DNA from: an uncultured delta proteobacterium
Lineage (GTDB): Bacteria; Desulfobacterota; Binatia; Binatales; Binataceae
DNA length: 64,000 nucleotides
NCBI GenBank assembly: GCA_963808235.1
Contig: CAWEEQ010000004.1
Span: 704,001 to 768,000 of the forward strand
Reading direction: 5' to 3'
The translations under genes were made by a program, and so were the position numbers. Position 1 is the first letter of the stretch, and every line of letters begins with the position of its first letter. Under the pieces are notes generated by a model that worked only from the letters and a program-made list of their open reading frames with translations, did not search any database and was not told the DNA's origin. Shown piece after piece: positions 33,051 to 46,290 of the stretch.

Positions 33051-34436
33051 CTATTGTCCGCCCGAGGCCGCCGCCGGCTTTTCCAGGTTTGCGGATTTGA
33101 TTTTCGCCTGGGTCTGGTCCGCGACCGCGACCACCAGCACTGAATCCGGATGCAGATATTTCTTGGCGACCGCCAGCACGTCGTCCTTGGTGACCGATTG
33201 GATCAACCCCGGATACTTGTCGGCATAGTCCATCCCGAGGCCGTAAATCTCGAGCTGAATCATGAAGCTCGCGATCGCGGTCTGCCGCTCAAGACTTAGC
33301 GGGAAGCTGCCGACCAGGAATTTCTTTGCGCCGTCCAGTTCAGCGTCGCTGACCGGCTTTTCCTGGATCTCGCGAATCTGTTGCATGATCAAATCGATCG
33401 CCTGGTTCGAGCTCTCGTTCTTGGTCTGCAGGGAAACCTCAAACGAGCCCTGAAATTTGCCCGGCTCGAACCCGCTGCTGATCGAGTACGCGAGACCATG
33501 CTCGCTGCGAACCACTTTCATCAGGCGCGACGAGAATCCGCCGCCGCCCAAAATGTAATTCATCACCTTGAGCCGGTAATAGTCGGGATTCGAGCGCTCG
33601 ACGCCGCCGAACCCCATCATGAGATTCGCTTGCACGACGTTTCGATCGATCACCTTTACATGAAAGCCGGGCGCGACCGTCACCGGCGGAGGCTCTGCCT
33701 GCGCGACCACAGTGCCTGCCAGGCCCGCCAGCGCTTTCTCAAGTGATACTTTAACTTCGTCCGCGGTCACGTCACCGGCCACCGCAATCGTCGCACCACC
33801 GAGCTTGTAGTAGGTTCGATAGAAATTGCGCACGTCGTCCGAGGTCAGCTTCGCGACCGATTCCGACGAGCCCGCTCCCGGATGCCCATATGGCGATGCG
33901 CCGAACAGCTCCTTCGTGAATTCGACGCTCGCGGTATAGCCCGGCTGCTCTTCCGCCGACTTGATCTGCGCGACCTGCTCGTCGCGCTTGCGCTGGATGT
34001 CAGCCTCGCGAAGGCCCGGCGTAGTCAGGATTCCCGCCAGCAGCGCGAGCGTGTCGGCCTGATATTTTTTCAGCGACGTCATCCCGCCGGTCGCATAATC
34101 GCGGCCTGCTGACACGTCGACCGAGCTGCCCATGAAATCCACCTTTTGATCGAACTCCGGCGCGGTGAGTTCCCTGGTTCCTTGCGAAAGACATCGCGAG
34201 GTCAGCTCCGCGAGTCCTTCTTTGCCTACTGGATCGCGCCGCGTTCCCGCGTCAAATGCGATCGCGATCGTCACCATCGGCAGTTGATGCTCTTCCGATA
34301 CGAGCAGCGTCGCGCCATTGCTGAGCGTCATCCGCTTGATATCGAGCGCATGCGATGGCGCCGCCGCGAAAATGATCGCCGCGATCGCAATCGCCGCGAC
34401 GCCCGCGATTCTTCTCATGAGATTAACGTCGCTCAT
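33051..34436 (-). CDS. M16 family peptidase, non-catalytic subunit
   Basis: LSNGATLL, no HxxEH, LGGGGFSSRL..RSEHGLAY; signal peptide. Confidence 0.9.
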   Translation of the reverse strand: MSDVNLMRRIAGVAAIAIAAIIFAAAPSHALDIKRMTLSNGATLLVSEEHQLPMVTIAIAFDAGTRRDPVGKEGLAELTSRCLSQGTRELTAPEFDQKVDFMGSSVDVSAGRDYATGGMTSLKKYQADTLALLAGILTTPGLREADIQRKRDEQVAQIKSAEEQPGYTASVEFTKELFGASPYGHPGAGSSESVAKLTSDDVRNFYRTYYKLGGATIAVAGDVTADEVKVSLEKALAGLAGTVVAQAEPPPVTVAPGFHVKVIDRNVVQANLMMGFGGVERSNPDYYRLKVMNYILGGGGFSSRLMKVVRSEHGLAYSISSGFEPGKFQGSFEVSLQTKNESSNQAIDLIMQQIREIQEKPVSDAELDGAKKFLVGSFPLSLERQTAIASFMIQLEIYGLGMDYADKYPGLIQSVTKDDVLAVAKKYLHPDSVLVVAVADQTQAKIKSANLEKPAAASGGQ

Positions 34437-35878
34437 CGCAGGGCCTCGATTGCCGCCGCCGGCATCGTCGTTGGCGCATGTCGCAGCTCTCCGCCGCTGA
34501 GTCCGCCGCCGCCATGTTTCAGCACGCCGGTGGGTATCAGCACTCCCTCTGTCATGTTAGTCGCGACCAGGTAAGTCTTCGCGACGCGCTGGACGTCGGC
34601 CGCCGTAACTTTGTCGATTCCGTCCAGGTACTTGTCCGCGAGATGGTAATCGCCGAGCATTTCATACACTCCGAGCATCTCGGCCTCGCGCATGATCGAA
34701 TCCTGTCCGAACACGTATTGCGCCTGTTCGAGATTTTTCGCCTTCTGCAATTCCTCACCGCCCACCGTTTTATCGCGCAACTCCGCCAACTGCTTTTCGA
34801 CTTCCGCCTGCGTGTCAGACGCTTTCACGCCCGGTCGCATCTGCGCCGAAACGATAAACAGGCCCGGATCGAACGACGTCATGTCGTAGCCGGCGCCGAT
34901 AGAAATCACCATCTGCTTTTCGACCACCAGCTTTTTGTAGAATCGCGAGCTTTGACCGTCGCTCAAAATCTCCGACGCTACTTCCAGCGCGTAGCTGTCA
35001 GAACTTGAAATATTCGGCACGTGATATGCCTCTTCGAAGGCCGGCAGATTCGCCGCATGCTGCAGCTCGACGCGCCGGGTTCCCTCCTGGGGCGGCTCCA
35101 ACTCGGTCACCGGCGGAGGCTTGGCCCCGTTCTTGATTCCTCCAAATGCCTCGCCGATCGTTTTGAGCACCTGGTCCGCGTTGAAATCGCCGACCGCGAC
35201 GATCAGCGAGTTCTGCGGCGAGTAATAAATTTTGTGATACGCCATCGCGTCACCGAGCGTCAGCCCGTCAACGTCGTGGAACCATCCGATCACCGGCCAG
35301 TGATACGGATGCGCGAGATAAGCTTGGGCGCGCACCATCTCGTCGAGTGCGTCTTCGGGATTGTCATCGGTTCGCAGCCGCCTCTCCTCGAGCACCACGT
35401 GCTTCTCTTTGTCGAAATCTTTCGGCTCGAAGTTGGCCATTCGATCCGCCTCGAGCCGAATCGGCACATCGAGATGAACCTTGTTGATCGTTTCGAAATA
35501 GTCGGTGAAGTCGGATTCCGTAAACGCGTTATCCATCCCGCCGTTTTGCTGGATGATCTGCGAGAACTCCTCCGGACCGAGGGTCTTGGTGCCCTTGAAC
35601 ATCAAATGCTCGCACAGATGCGAGAGCCCCGTCTTGCCCATCTGCTCGTTGCGCGAGCCGACCCTATAGAAGACGTTGAACGTCGCGAGCGGCGCCTTGT
35701 GATTCTCGAGCACCAGCACCTTGAGTCCGTTGGGAAGAGTCTGACTCTTCACCGCATCCGCCATTCCCGCGCGCGTCGATGTGGAAGAGAGAAGACATAA
35801 GATGACGCCGAGAGCCGCCGCTGCGTAGCTGGCTCGCCGGCGATGATCGCCAAAACTGAAATGATTGCCAAAACTCAT
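34433..35878 (-). CDS. M16 family zinc peptidase, catalytic subunit
   Basis: LPNGLKV, HLCEHLMFKGT (HxxEH), NAFT, HPYHWPVIG; start approximate. Confidence 0.92.
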   Translation of the reverse strand: MSFGNHFSFGDHRRRASYAAAALGVILCLLSSTSTRAGMADAVKSQTLPNGLKVLVLENHKAPLATFNVFYRVGSRNEQMGKTGLSHLCEHLMFKGTKTLGPEEFSQIIQQNGGMDNAFTESDFTDYFETINKVHLDVPIRLEADRMANFEPKDFDKEKHVVLEERRLRTDDNPEDALDEMVRAQAYLAHPYHWPVIGWFHDVDGLTLGDAMAYHKIYYSPQNSLIVAVGDFNADQVLKTIGEAFGGIKNGAKPPPVTELEPPQEGTRRVELQHAANLPAFEEAYHVPNISSSDSYALEVASEILSDGQSSRFYKKLVVEKQMVISIGAGYDMTSFDPGLFIVSAQMRPGVKASDTQAEVEKQLAELRDKTVGGEELQKAKNLEQAQYVFGQDSIMREAEMLGVYEMLGDYHLADKYLDGIDKVTAADVQRVAKTYLVATNMTEGVLIPTGVLKHGGGGLSGGELRHAPTTMPAAAIEALR

Positions 35879-35990
35879 GATGCGCATATCCATCGATGAT
35901 CTAACAGGATGTCCAGGAACACAACGTTGATCTTCTCGCGCAAGCAAATTGCATCCGTAGACCAGTCCTTGTAACAATTGAATCACCACG

Positions 35991-38072
35991 ATGCCCGAAA
36001 TCGCCGAGAAAGCGCAGAACCTCTTCGAAATAAAGGGTGTGCTGACCAAGTTCATGCGGATGATGTTTCCGCTTGAGTTCCGCATCGACTCGCTCGCCGG
36101 CGGTGGCCCGATGCTCCCGTTCCATTACCCGCTGCTGCCCGGCGAGATGATTTATCTTCCCGAAAAGCTGGAACCGTTCGGCACTCGCGGCGACGCGTAC
36201 ATTTATTATTTCGTCACCACCGCGCATCTTGCCGCGCGTCACGACTTCGGAACTTTCAAGTTGAAGCTGTCGGATATCAGCGGTTTCGAAGATCGCGGCG
36301 AGACCGGCGTCGAGGCTATCGACAGCTTCGTCGCCTCGTTCGACGATCCCGGCCTCGCCGGCGCGCTGATGCGGCTTGCCGAGTCGGCGCGCATCGATGC
36401 TGAACTCGCGCGGCGTTATCGCGGTCTCGCTCCGCGAATCGCGGTGCTTAACCGCTCGCTCCTCGAACGTCTTCATCCCGAGTCGCTCAGCACGATGCTG
36501 GTGCGCGCGGCGCTCGATTTGGATTGGATGGGCGAGAGTCTCGATTCCCCATTCGTCCGCCTGGCCGGTGAACATTTTGCCCCGCTTCGCGAACGCGGCG
36601 CAGATGTAATGACCAGCGTCCAGCAGGTCAACACGCTCTACAACTGGCTCCAGGAGCTGATCAAACAAGCTCGCGAGCGCGGCGAAGGCGACCCGCTCTC
36701 AGACGCGGGCGCCGAACGGATGCGCAACGATCTGATCAAGGGCATGAAAGGATCGGAAACCCAAACCGCCGGCGAAGCCGAAGAGGGTGAGCAGGGCGAC
36801 GGCGGCGGCGAGCCCGATCAGAACGTCCAGATGGACGTCTCCGGCAAGCAATCAAAAGGCGGCAAGGGCAGGGCGCTGTCTCCGGAGGAACTGCGCAAGC
36901 TCATCGAGCAGGGCGCCGAGATCAAACCGTCGCAGGGCGACGGCAACGCGGAAGGCGACGGCATGTACCTGACGCAACTCACCGGCAAGCAGCTCAGCGA
37001 ACTCGAGCAGATGCGCGAGCAGCTCGGCGAGATCGGTTCCGTGACCGGGAATGGACGCCTGATGATCGCGCGCGGCCGCCAGGATTCCTACTACGCCTAC
37101 GACGAATGGGACTACGTGCTGAACGATTACCGGCGCAACTGGTGCCGGCTGCGCGAAATCGTGCTCCCCGGCGACGAAGGCGATTTCTTCGAGAACACGC
37201 TCAACCGCTACGCCGAAATATTGCCCGGCGTGCGCCGCAACTTTCAGCGCATCCGTCCCGCGTCGTACCGGATGGTCCGCGGCCTCGAGGACGGCGAGGA
37301 GATCGATCTCGATCGAACGATCGAAGCGCGCGTCGCGCGCCTGATGGGCGAGACTCCGGACGGCCGCTTCTACAAGGCGCGCAAGAAGGAAGCTCGCAAC
37401 GTCGCGACGCTCTTCCTGCTCGACATGTCGGCCTCGACCGACGAACCGGTTCATCGTGAGCCGCGCAAGCACACCGACGATGACGACACCGATGACTGGA
37501 TGAAGGCATGGCAGCGCCGCCCCCAAACGGCGAATCGTCCGCGCCGCATCATCAACGTCAACAAGGAAGCGCTCGTCATCATGGCGCAGGCGCTCGAGGA
37601 AATCGGCGACGCGTACGCGATCATGGGCTTCTCCGGCCACGGCCGCGACAACGTCGAGTTTTACGTGATCAAGGAATTCGATCAGGAACTGACCGACGAG
37701 GTGAAGGCGCGCGTCGGCGCGGTCGAACCCAAACGCTCAACGCGGATGGGCGCGGCGATTCGTCACGTGCGCGAAAAATTCAAGGACGTCGCCTCGCGCG
37801 CCAAGCACATGATTCTGCTGAGCGACGGCTTCCCGCAGGATTTCGACTACGGCCACGACCGCCGCTCCAACGCCTACGGCATCCAGGACACGATGGTCGC
37901 GCTGAAGGAACTCGAACTCGCCGGCGTGCTGCCATTCTGCATCACCGTGGACAAGACCGGCCACGACTACTTGCGCCAGATGTGCCAGTCCTCGCGCTAC
38001 CTGGTGATCGAGGACATCGCATCGTTGCCGCGCCAGCTCCCAAAAATCTACGAGCAAGTCGTGCGCTGGTAA
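35991..38072 (+). CDS. NorD/CbbO-like von Willebrand A domain protein
   Basis: YDEWDY..Y..NWCRL, DGEEIDLD, LLDMSAST (MIDAS), TRMGAAIRH, LLSDGFP, PFCITVD. Confidence 0.88.
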   Translation: MPEIAEKAQNLFEIKGVLTKFMRMMFPLEFRIDSLAGGGPMLPFHYPLLPGEMIYLPEKLEPFGTRGDAYIYYFVTTAHLAARHDFGTFKLKLSDISGFEDRGETGVEAIDSFVASFDDPGLAGALMRLAESARIDAELARRYRGLAPRIAVLNRSLLERLHPESLSTMLVRAALDLDWMGESLDSPFVRLAGEHFAPLRERGADVMTSVQQVNTLYNWLQELIKQARERGEGDPLSDAGAERMRNDLIKGMKGSETQTAGEAEEGEQGDGGGEPDQNVQMDVSGKQSKGGKGRALSPEELRKLIEQGAEIKPSQGDGNAEGDGMYLTQLTGKQLSELEQMREQLGEIGSVTGNGRLMIARGRQDSYYAYDEWDYVLNDYRRNWCRLREIVLPGDEGDFFENTLNRYAEILPGVRRNFQRIRPASYRMVRGLEDGEEIDLDRTIEARVARLMGETPDGRFYKARKKEARNVATLFLLDMSASTDEPVHREPRKHTDDDDTDDWMKAWQRRPQTANRPRRIINVNKEALVIMAQALEEIGDAYAIMGFSGHGRDNVEFYVIKEFDQELTDEVKARVGAVEPKRSTRMGAAIRHVREKFKDVASRAKHMILLSDGFPQDFDYGHDRRSNAYGIQDTMVALKELELAGVLPFCITVDKTGHDYLRQMCQSSRYLVIEDIASLPRQLPKIYEQVVRW

Positions 38073-38090
38073 GTCGTGCTCTGTCGCCTG

Positions 38091-38710
38091 CTACTTCCCC
38101 GCTGCTGCGGCGGCCGCTTTTCTCGCGTCGTCCAATGCCCTGGCCTCGGCGGCACTTAGCCGTTTCAGATTCCCCCGGTACTTGACCAACTCGTACGAAG
38201 TCGCGTGAGGCGTTTTTGAGACGCGGTGCGTCTCAATATATTCGATGGTATCCCCGTCGAGCGTCATATCCGTTTCTGCTTCATCCCACAGTGACAATCC
38301 GTTTCCACTGATGAGCAGAGCCTCGTGTTTCACCTGCACGTGATCCGGGGTCAAGATCTTGGTCGATGTTTCGACCAGCCGATTTTTACTGGGTCCTCCC
38401 ACGACTGCGCCGACCGCGATATTTGAGTTCTTCCCCAACGTAATATAAGCCTCGTGTTCCTTTTCAATGTTAAGGCCAAGATCTTCCAGCGGAGTTGAGC
38501 CGACGACGATTCGCGCGGAATCAACCAGCTTTACGACGCCGTACCATCGCCCCACGAATTTCGGGGATGCGAGAGCTGCGCCTCTCGATGTCGTTGACGG
38601 CGGACCTGGTTTCTTTTCCTCGACTCCTCGGCGTCCGCATCCGGCTTGAACGAGTGCGATAAGAACAACCGCGCTAGACAGGAGTACGTGGCTGCTATGG
38701 CGCGACCGGA

Positions 38711-38714
<4 letters not shown>
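38091..38714 (-). CDS. Hypothetical lipoprotein
   Basis: Hydrophobic N-region ending LVQAGC; AT-richer; TTG start overlapping gpmI stop. Confidence 0.6.
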
Positions 38715-41562
<2,848 letters not shown>

Positions 41563-41624
41563 TCATCCCTCATCGCGCAACAGCTCAAATGCCGCATTCT
41601 AAGGCACACTTCGTGACCTTGTCA

Positions 41625-42269
41625 TTAGGCCGGCGCCTGCGCCCGATAGTAGGCGATCGCCCCGAAGATAATCTTCCAACGCGACACTTCCGTCGCATCG
41701 GCTAATCCCGCCTCGCTCATAAGAACCGCCATGCGACCCTCGAAACGGTCCGCAGCATGCGGTGCCATATGGAACCCGTGCTTCTTGTCTCCGTGCGCTC
41801 CATCGTGCGGCGCGAAGTCGAGCAGATGAACTGAGCCGCCAGTCTTGAGGACTCGGCGAATCTCGGCCAGCGTAGCCGCTCGCTCGTCCGCCTTCAGATG
41901 ATGAATCATGAACGATGAAAACACCCGATCGAACGACCTATCGGGATAAGGCAGGTGGTCGGAGAAACCGCGATCGAACTCGACCGCGAGCCGTGCACGA
42001 TTCGCCTTGCGCTTTGCGATCGACAAGGCCGACGGGTCCGGATCCACTGCGACCACGTCGACGGCCGGATACGATTTCTTGACCAGCACCGCCAACGAAC
42101 CGGTCCCGCATCCAACATCGAGTACTCGGAATCCTGCTTTGAGCTCCGCCTGTTCGATCAGCCGTCGTTTTGGTTTGTCCGCTCCGAGCAGCCACAGGAA
42201 CGGATCGTAAAGTGGCAACAGCCAATGCCTTCCCATTGCTGGGAGATAACTTCGCTCGGCGTCATCCAT
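41625..42269 (-). CDS. Class I SAM-dependent methyltransferase
   Basis: VLDVGCGTG, LPYPDRSFDRV, RRVLKTGG. Confidence 0.9.
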   Translation of the reverse strand: MDDAERSYLPAMGRHWLLPLYDPFLWLLGADKPKRRLIEQAELKAGFRVLDVGCGTGSLAVLVKKSYPAVDVVAVDPDPSALSIAKRKANRARLAVEFDRGFSDHLPYPDRSFDRVFSSFMIHHLKADERAATLAEIRRVLKTGGSVHLLDFAPHDGAHGDKKHGFHMAPHAADRFEGRMAVLMSEAGLADATEVSRWKIIFGAIAYYRAQAPA

Positions 42270-42638
42270 AACTTTCGCACCTCGACTCAAGCTGCGTCAC
42301 CCGATATCCAGCGAGCCGTCGGGCTTCGGATCCGTCAATCACAGGTACGTCCTGGCTTGAGGATGAACTGTTCAGCCTGACGCCCACGCCTCCCGTCATG
42401 CTAGACGTACGATATGGGTGACATTCAAGATGCCACACAGTTGCAGAGCGCGCTTTCCTCAGACTCGGAACGCACGCTTCCGGCGAAAATAATTTTGACG
42501 GAACGAAGGTACGCATAGAGGGGCGGCCCCTCCAGAACCACACCTACGGTATAAATTGCCCGTTCCTCAGGGAAATCAAACTTGAGAAATGAACCATTTA
42601 GAGCGACTCTCGATAGCTGAACTTCTAATATATCGGCA

Positions 42639-43562
42639 ATGAGAACTACCACTACCATCTTTACCTTTGCAGCGATCTCGATCTTCCTACTGGCCGCCAC
42701 ATTCACCGTTCACGCCGGCGATCCTGTCGACGACGAAGCGGCGGTCTCCTTCGGAACTTTCACCAATCCCGAACGCGTGACGATTCAGGGCTATAGCCAG
42801 GATGCGATGGAGCCCTTCGTCAGCCTCGACGGCAAGTACCTGTTCTTCAATAGTTCGAACAACCCGCCACCCGGCACGTTCACCAATCTGTACTACGCGA
42901 CCAGCACCGACGATCCGTTGACCTTCAACTTCGTGGGCGAAATCGCCGGTGCGAATACCACCGCGCTCGACGCCGTAGCCTCGATGGATATCAACAACAA
43001 GTTCTATTTCGTCTCGAACAGGAGCTACACGAGCACTTTCTCGACGATCTACTGGGGCGATTTTTCCAGCGGGACTTTGTCGAACGTCGCACTGGTGCCG
43101 GGAGTTTCAAAGGATAAGCCGGGATGGGTCAACTTCGACGCGGGAATAAGTCCCGACGGCAACACGCTGTACTTCGTCGACGGTTTCTTCGGCACCGCCA
43201 CTTTTCCCCAAAGCGCGGTGATCACGATCGCCAAGCGCAAGGGCGATGCTTTTGTGCGTCGAGCGGACAGCAAGACCATCATGCACAAAATCAATACCGG
43301 CGGGCTCAACTACGCGCCGTGTCCTACCGCATCCGATCTCGAATTCTTTTTCACCCGGGTCGACCCGGCAAACATCGGCGATGGCCCCAAGATCTACACG
43401 GCGACTCGTTCGAAAAAGTCGAAGCCATTCGGAAAGCCCGTTAAAATCGCGGCCGCCACTGGATTTGTCGAAGCCCCCACGCTTTCAGCCGACGGGAAAT
43501 CGCTCTACTTCCACAAGCAGGAAGATGGCGTGTTCGTGATCTACCGGCTAACCCGCCCGTGA
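42639..43562 (+). CDS. Secreted beta-propeller protein (PD40/TolB-like repeats)
   Basis: Signal peptide; repeats EPFVSLDGKYLFF, GISPDGNTLYF, PTLSADGKSLYF. Confidence 0.75.
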   Translation: MRTTTTIFTFAAISIFLLAATFTVHAGDPVDDEAAVSFGTFTNPERVTIQGYSQDAMEPFVSLDGKYLFFNSSNNPPPGTFTNLYYATSTDDPLTFNFVGEIAGANTTALDAVASMDINNKFYFVSNRSYTSTFSTIYWGDFSSGTLSNVALVPGVSKDKPGWVNFDAGISPDGNTLYFVDGFFGTATFPQSAVITIAKRKGDAFVRRADSKTIMHKINTGGLNYAPCPTASDLEFFFTRVDPANIGDGPKIYTATRSKKSKPFGKPVKIAAATGFVEAPTLSADGKSLYFHKQEDGVFVIYRLTRP

Positions 43563-43647
43563 CGCACGCCCATCGGTACTGATTTGCCGCATGCCTGCCA
43601 ATCTGATACCCGACGATGGCACAATCGTTAAAGGGAGGAAATTTCCG

Positions 43648-44160
43648 ATGCTCATCAGGGTAGTAAAGAAACAAGTGCCGTTGGACCATCTGCTTCCTGC
43701 GGCCCTGGCGCTGATCGGCGCCGGAATTTTGAAACTGTTCGACGACGGGGAGCCAATCCGCCTGCCACCTGTACCCGACTCCGGCCAAGTCACCTGCGAT
43801 ACCGCGCAGGGAGGCTATGCGAAGGCCGGCCTTTATGCGGCCGGTTTCGATGTTCCAACCGCCACCGAGCCGGCTCCCGATCCGGGAACGATTAACCCAG
43901 TGGTGACTCTTACCGTGATCCCCTCGCTCCCCGATGGAATCGATAACGATCACTACCCTGCGATCGGTGCCGAGGAGTGGGGAATGACCGCCGCGAAGAC
44001 GCTATGCGGCGCCTTCGTCACGCGAACTATCGGCCCAAACGATGACCCCTATACCGGCGATCCCGGGACTTCGATGCAGGTCTGTTGCAATAAAGCGGAC
44101 GTTCCGCGAGTCATCGGCGGATTCAAAGTTGCCAGGTTCACAGCCACCGTCACGCCCTAG
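43648..44160 (+). CDS. Hypothetical protein
   Basis: GGGAGG SD before ATG; short hydrophobic N-segment; four Cys. Confidence 0.6.
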   Translation: MLIRVVKKQVPLDHLLPAALALIGAGILKLFDDGEPIRLPPVPDSGQVTCDTAQGGYAKAGLYAAGFDVPTATEPAPDPGTINPVVTLTVIPSLPDGIDNDHYPAIGAEEWGMTAAKTLCGAFVTRTIGPNDDPYTGDPGTSMQVCCNKADVPRVIGGFKVARFTATVTP

Positions 44161-45368
44161 ATTGCACCGCTATCGCGTAGCGCGCCGATTTCCTCCCAGC
44201 CGTAGCCGAGCTCCAGCAGCACCTCTTCAGTGTGCTGTCCGTGCTCCGGCGCGGGCTTGGCCTCGGTCGTGACTTCGCCGTTGATCGTCACCGGCGTGCC
44301 CGAGATCAGCACCCTGCCGGCGACCGGATGGTCGAGTTCGAGGAGGTATCCGTTAACGCGCGCCTGTTCGCTTTTCAGCATCGAGCGATAGTCGACGACT
44401 TCAGTCGCCAAAATGTCGGCATCGGTGAGTTCCTTCAGCCACTCGCGACTGCTCTTGCGCGGAAAGATTTCGTCGAGCACCTTCTGAATCTTGTCACCGT
44501 GAAAATTGCGAATCACGTTGTCGGAGTAATCCGGATCTTTCTCCAGATGCTCGATACCGACGATCTTGCAGAACGACGGCCAGCGCTTTTCGTCCACGCC
44601 CGCAATACAGATGTGTCCGTCGCTGGTCGGGAACGCGCCCCACACGCCGTGCAGAAACTGATGGCCCCGGCCAGCGCGCTCCGGCTCGTTTCCGGTGATA
44701 GACGTGTAGTTGATCTCCATCCCCTGCATCGCGATCATCGTGCCGTATATCGACGCATCGACTTTCTGCGAACGCCCGGTCCGCTCGCGTGCGAACAACG
44801 CCGCCAGGATCCCACTGGCAAGACTGAGCGCTCCCGAATGGTCCGCGGCGAGAATCCCGCACGGCAGTGGCGGGTCGGCCGCCATCCCCGTCTTGGCCAT
44901 CACGCCGCTAGCCGCCTGCGCGAGCGTGTCGCGGCTCGGCCGCATCACCCACGGCCCCCGCGGTCCCCACGAGCTGCCCTGCGCGTACACGATACGCGGA
45001 TTGAGCTTGCGCACATCGTCGTAGCCGAGCCCCAGCCGATCGAGCACGCCGGGCCGATAGTTGGTCACCAGCACGTCGTACGATTTCACCATCCGGCGAA
45101 CGACTTCGATCGCGTCGGGCTTTTTCAGATCGGCGGTGATACTCCGCTTGCCACGATTCATCGCGATGAAATAGTGCGAGACGGTCGCGTTCTTGACGTC
45201 CGGCCCGCCGATGAGCGCGGTCAACATCCATCGGCTCAAGTCGCCGGTCTCCTTGTTTTCGATCTTGACTACATCGGCGCCCATGTCGGCGAGAAACAGC
45301 GACGCAAACGGTCCCTGGATTTCCTGCGCGATCTCGACAACCTTGATTCCGTCCAGCGGCTTGCTCAT
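44157..45368 (-). CDS. CoA-transferase family III (CaiB/BaiF)
   Basis: PLDGIKV, LADMGADVVKIE, NRGKRSI, NYRPG, APEHGQHTEEVL. Confidence 0.95.
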   Translation of the reverse strand: MSKPLDGIKVVEIAQEIQGPFASLFLADMGADVVKIENKETGDLSRWMLTALIGGPDVKNATVSHYFIAMNRGKRSITADLKKPDAIEVVRRMVKSYDVLVTNYRPGVLDRLGLGYDDVRKLNPRIVYAQGSSWGPRGPWVMRPSRDTLAQAASGVMAKTGMAADPPLPCGILAADHSGALSLASGILAALFARERTGRSQKVDASIYGTMIAMQGMEINYTSITGNEPERAGRGHQFLHGVWGAFPTSDGHICIAGVDEKRWPSFCKIVGIEHLEKDPDYSDNVIRNFHGDKIQKVLDEIFPRKSSREWLKELTDADILATEVVDYRSMLKSEQARVNGYLLELDHPVAGRVLISGTPVTINGEVTTEAKPAPEHGQHTEEVLLELGYGWEEIGALRDSGAI

Positions 45369-45505
45369 CGTGATCTTCCCCTAAACGTTCGTTCAGGCAT
45401 TCCGATGCGCCGGATTATCCCGCGCTTCGCCGCGAAATCTCAAGCGTCATTTCCCGGCCGCGATTGCTTTGAGATGCGCCCGCTCTCCGGTTACCCTCAT
45501 CGCCG

Positions 45506-46288
45506 ATGGAACCGAGCATCTACAAGTACCCCGACATCTTCCGACGCGCGCATTTGGAACGTCCCGGCGAGATTCCGGCCGAGGTGAGTTTTCTCGAGCA
45601 GGTATGGAAGCGTCATCGCAAACTACCGGTCCGGCGCGTTCTCGATATCGCAAGCGGCGATTCGCCGCATGGCCGCATCCTCGCTCGCGACGGATTCGCA
45701 GTGGTCGGTATCGATCGTTCGTCCACGATGCTCGCGTCGGGCCGCGCCAAGGCGCACTCACTCGGGAACCTTCGCTTCTACCGTCGCGCGATCGAAAAGT
45801 TCCGGCTGCCCGAACGTCCGTTCGACGCCGCGATCTTCATGTCGGAAACATTTCCCGTGATTGTCGAGAACACCGGACTGCTCTCGCATCTCCGATCGGT
45901 CGGCCGCGCACTCAAACGCGGCGGCCTCTACTGCGTCGATATCGATCGGCAGGACACGATTCGCCACGTCTCGCGGCGCACGATGTGGCGCGAACGAAAC
46001 GCGCGCGCCGGAAGCGTGCCGCTCAAAATCCGCGAGTTCAATCGCCCCATCGCGTGGCACTCGCCGTTGCATTCGATCTACGAGCTCGAATGTACGATTC
46101 AATTTCCCGACGGCGAGGTAACGACGCGCGATCTGGTCCCGGTGCGCTACACGCTCCCATCAACCTTGGAGCTGGCAGCGCTCGCATCCGGGATGTTCAA
46201 AATGGTCGCCGCCTATTCCGACTTGTCGTTCACCAAGCCGATCGACAAATGCCGCTACCGATGGCTTGGCGTTCTGCGCCGCGTATGA
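45506..46288 (+). CDS. Class I SAM-dependent methyltransferase
   Basis: VLDIASG, VVGIDRS..ML, FDAA, ALKRGG. Confidence 0.8.
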   Translation: MEPSIYKYPDIFRRAHLERPGEIPAEVSFLEQVWKRHRKLPVRRVLDIASGDSPHGRILARDGFAVVGIDRSSTMLASGRAKAHSLGNLRFYRRAIEKFRLPERPFDAAIFMSETFPVIVENTGLLSHLRSVGRALKRGGLYCVDIDRQDTIRHVSRRTMWRERNARAGSVPLKIREFNRPIAWHSPLHSIYELECTIQFPDGEVTTRDLVPVRYTLPSTLELAALASGMFKMVAAYSDLSFTKPIDKCRYRWLGVLRRV

Positions 46289-46290
46289 AT

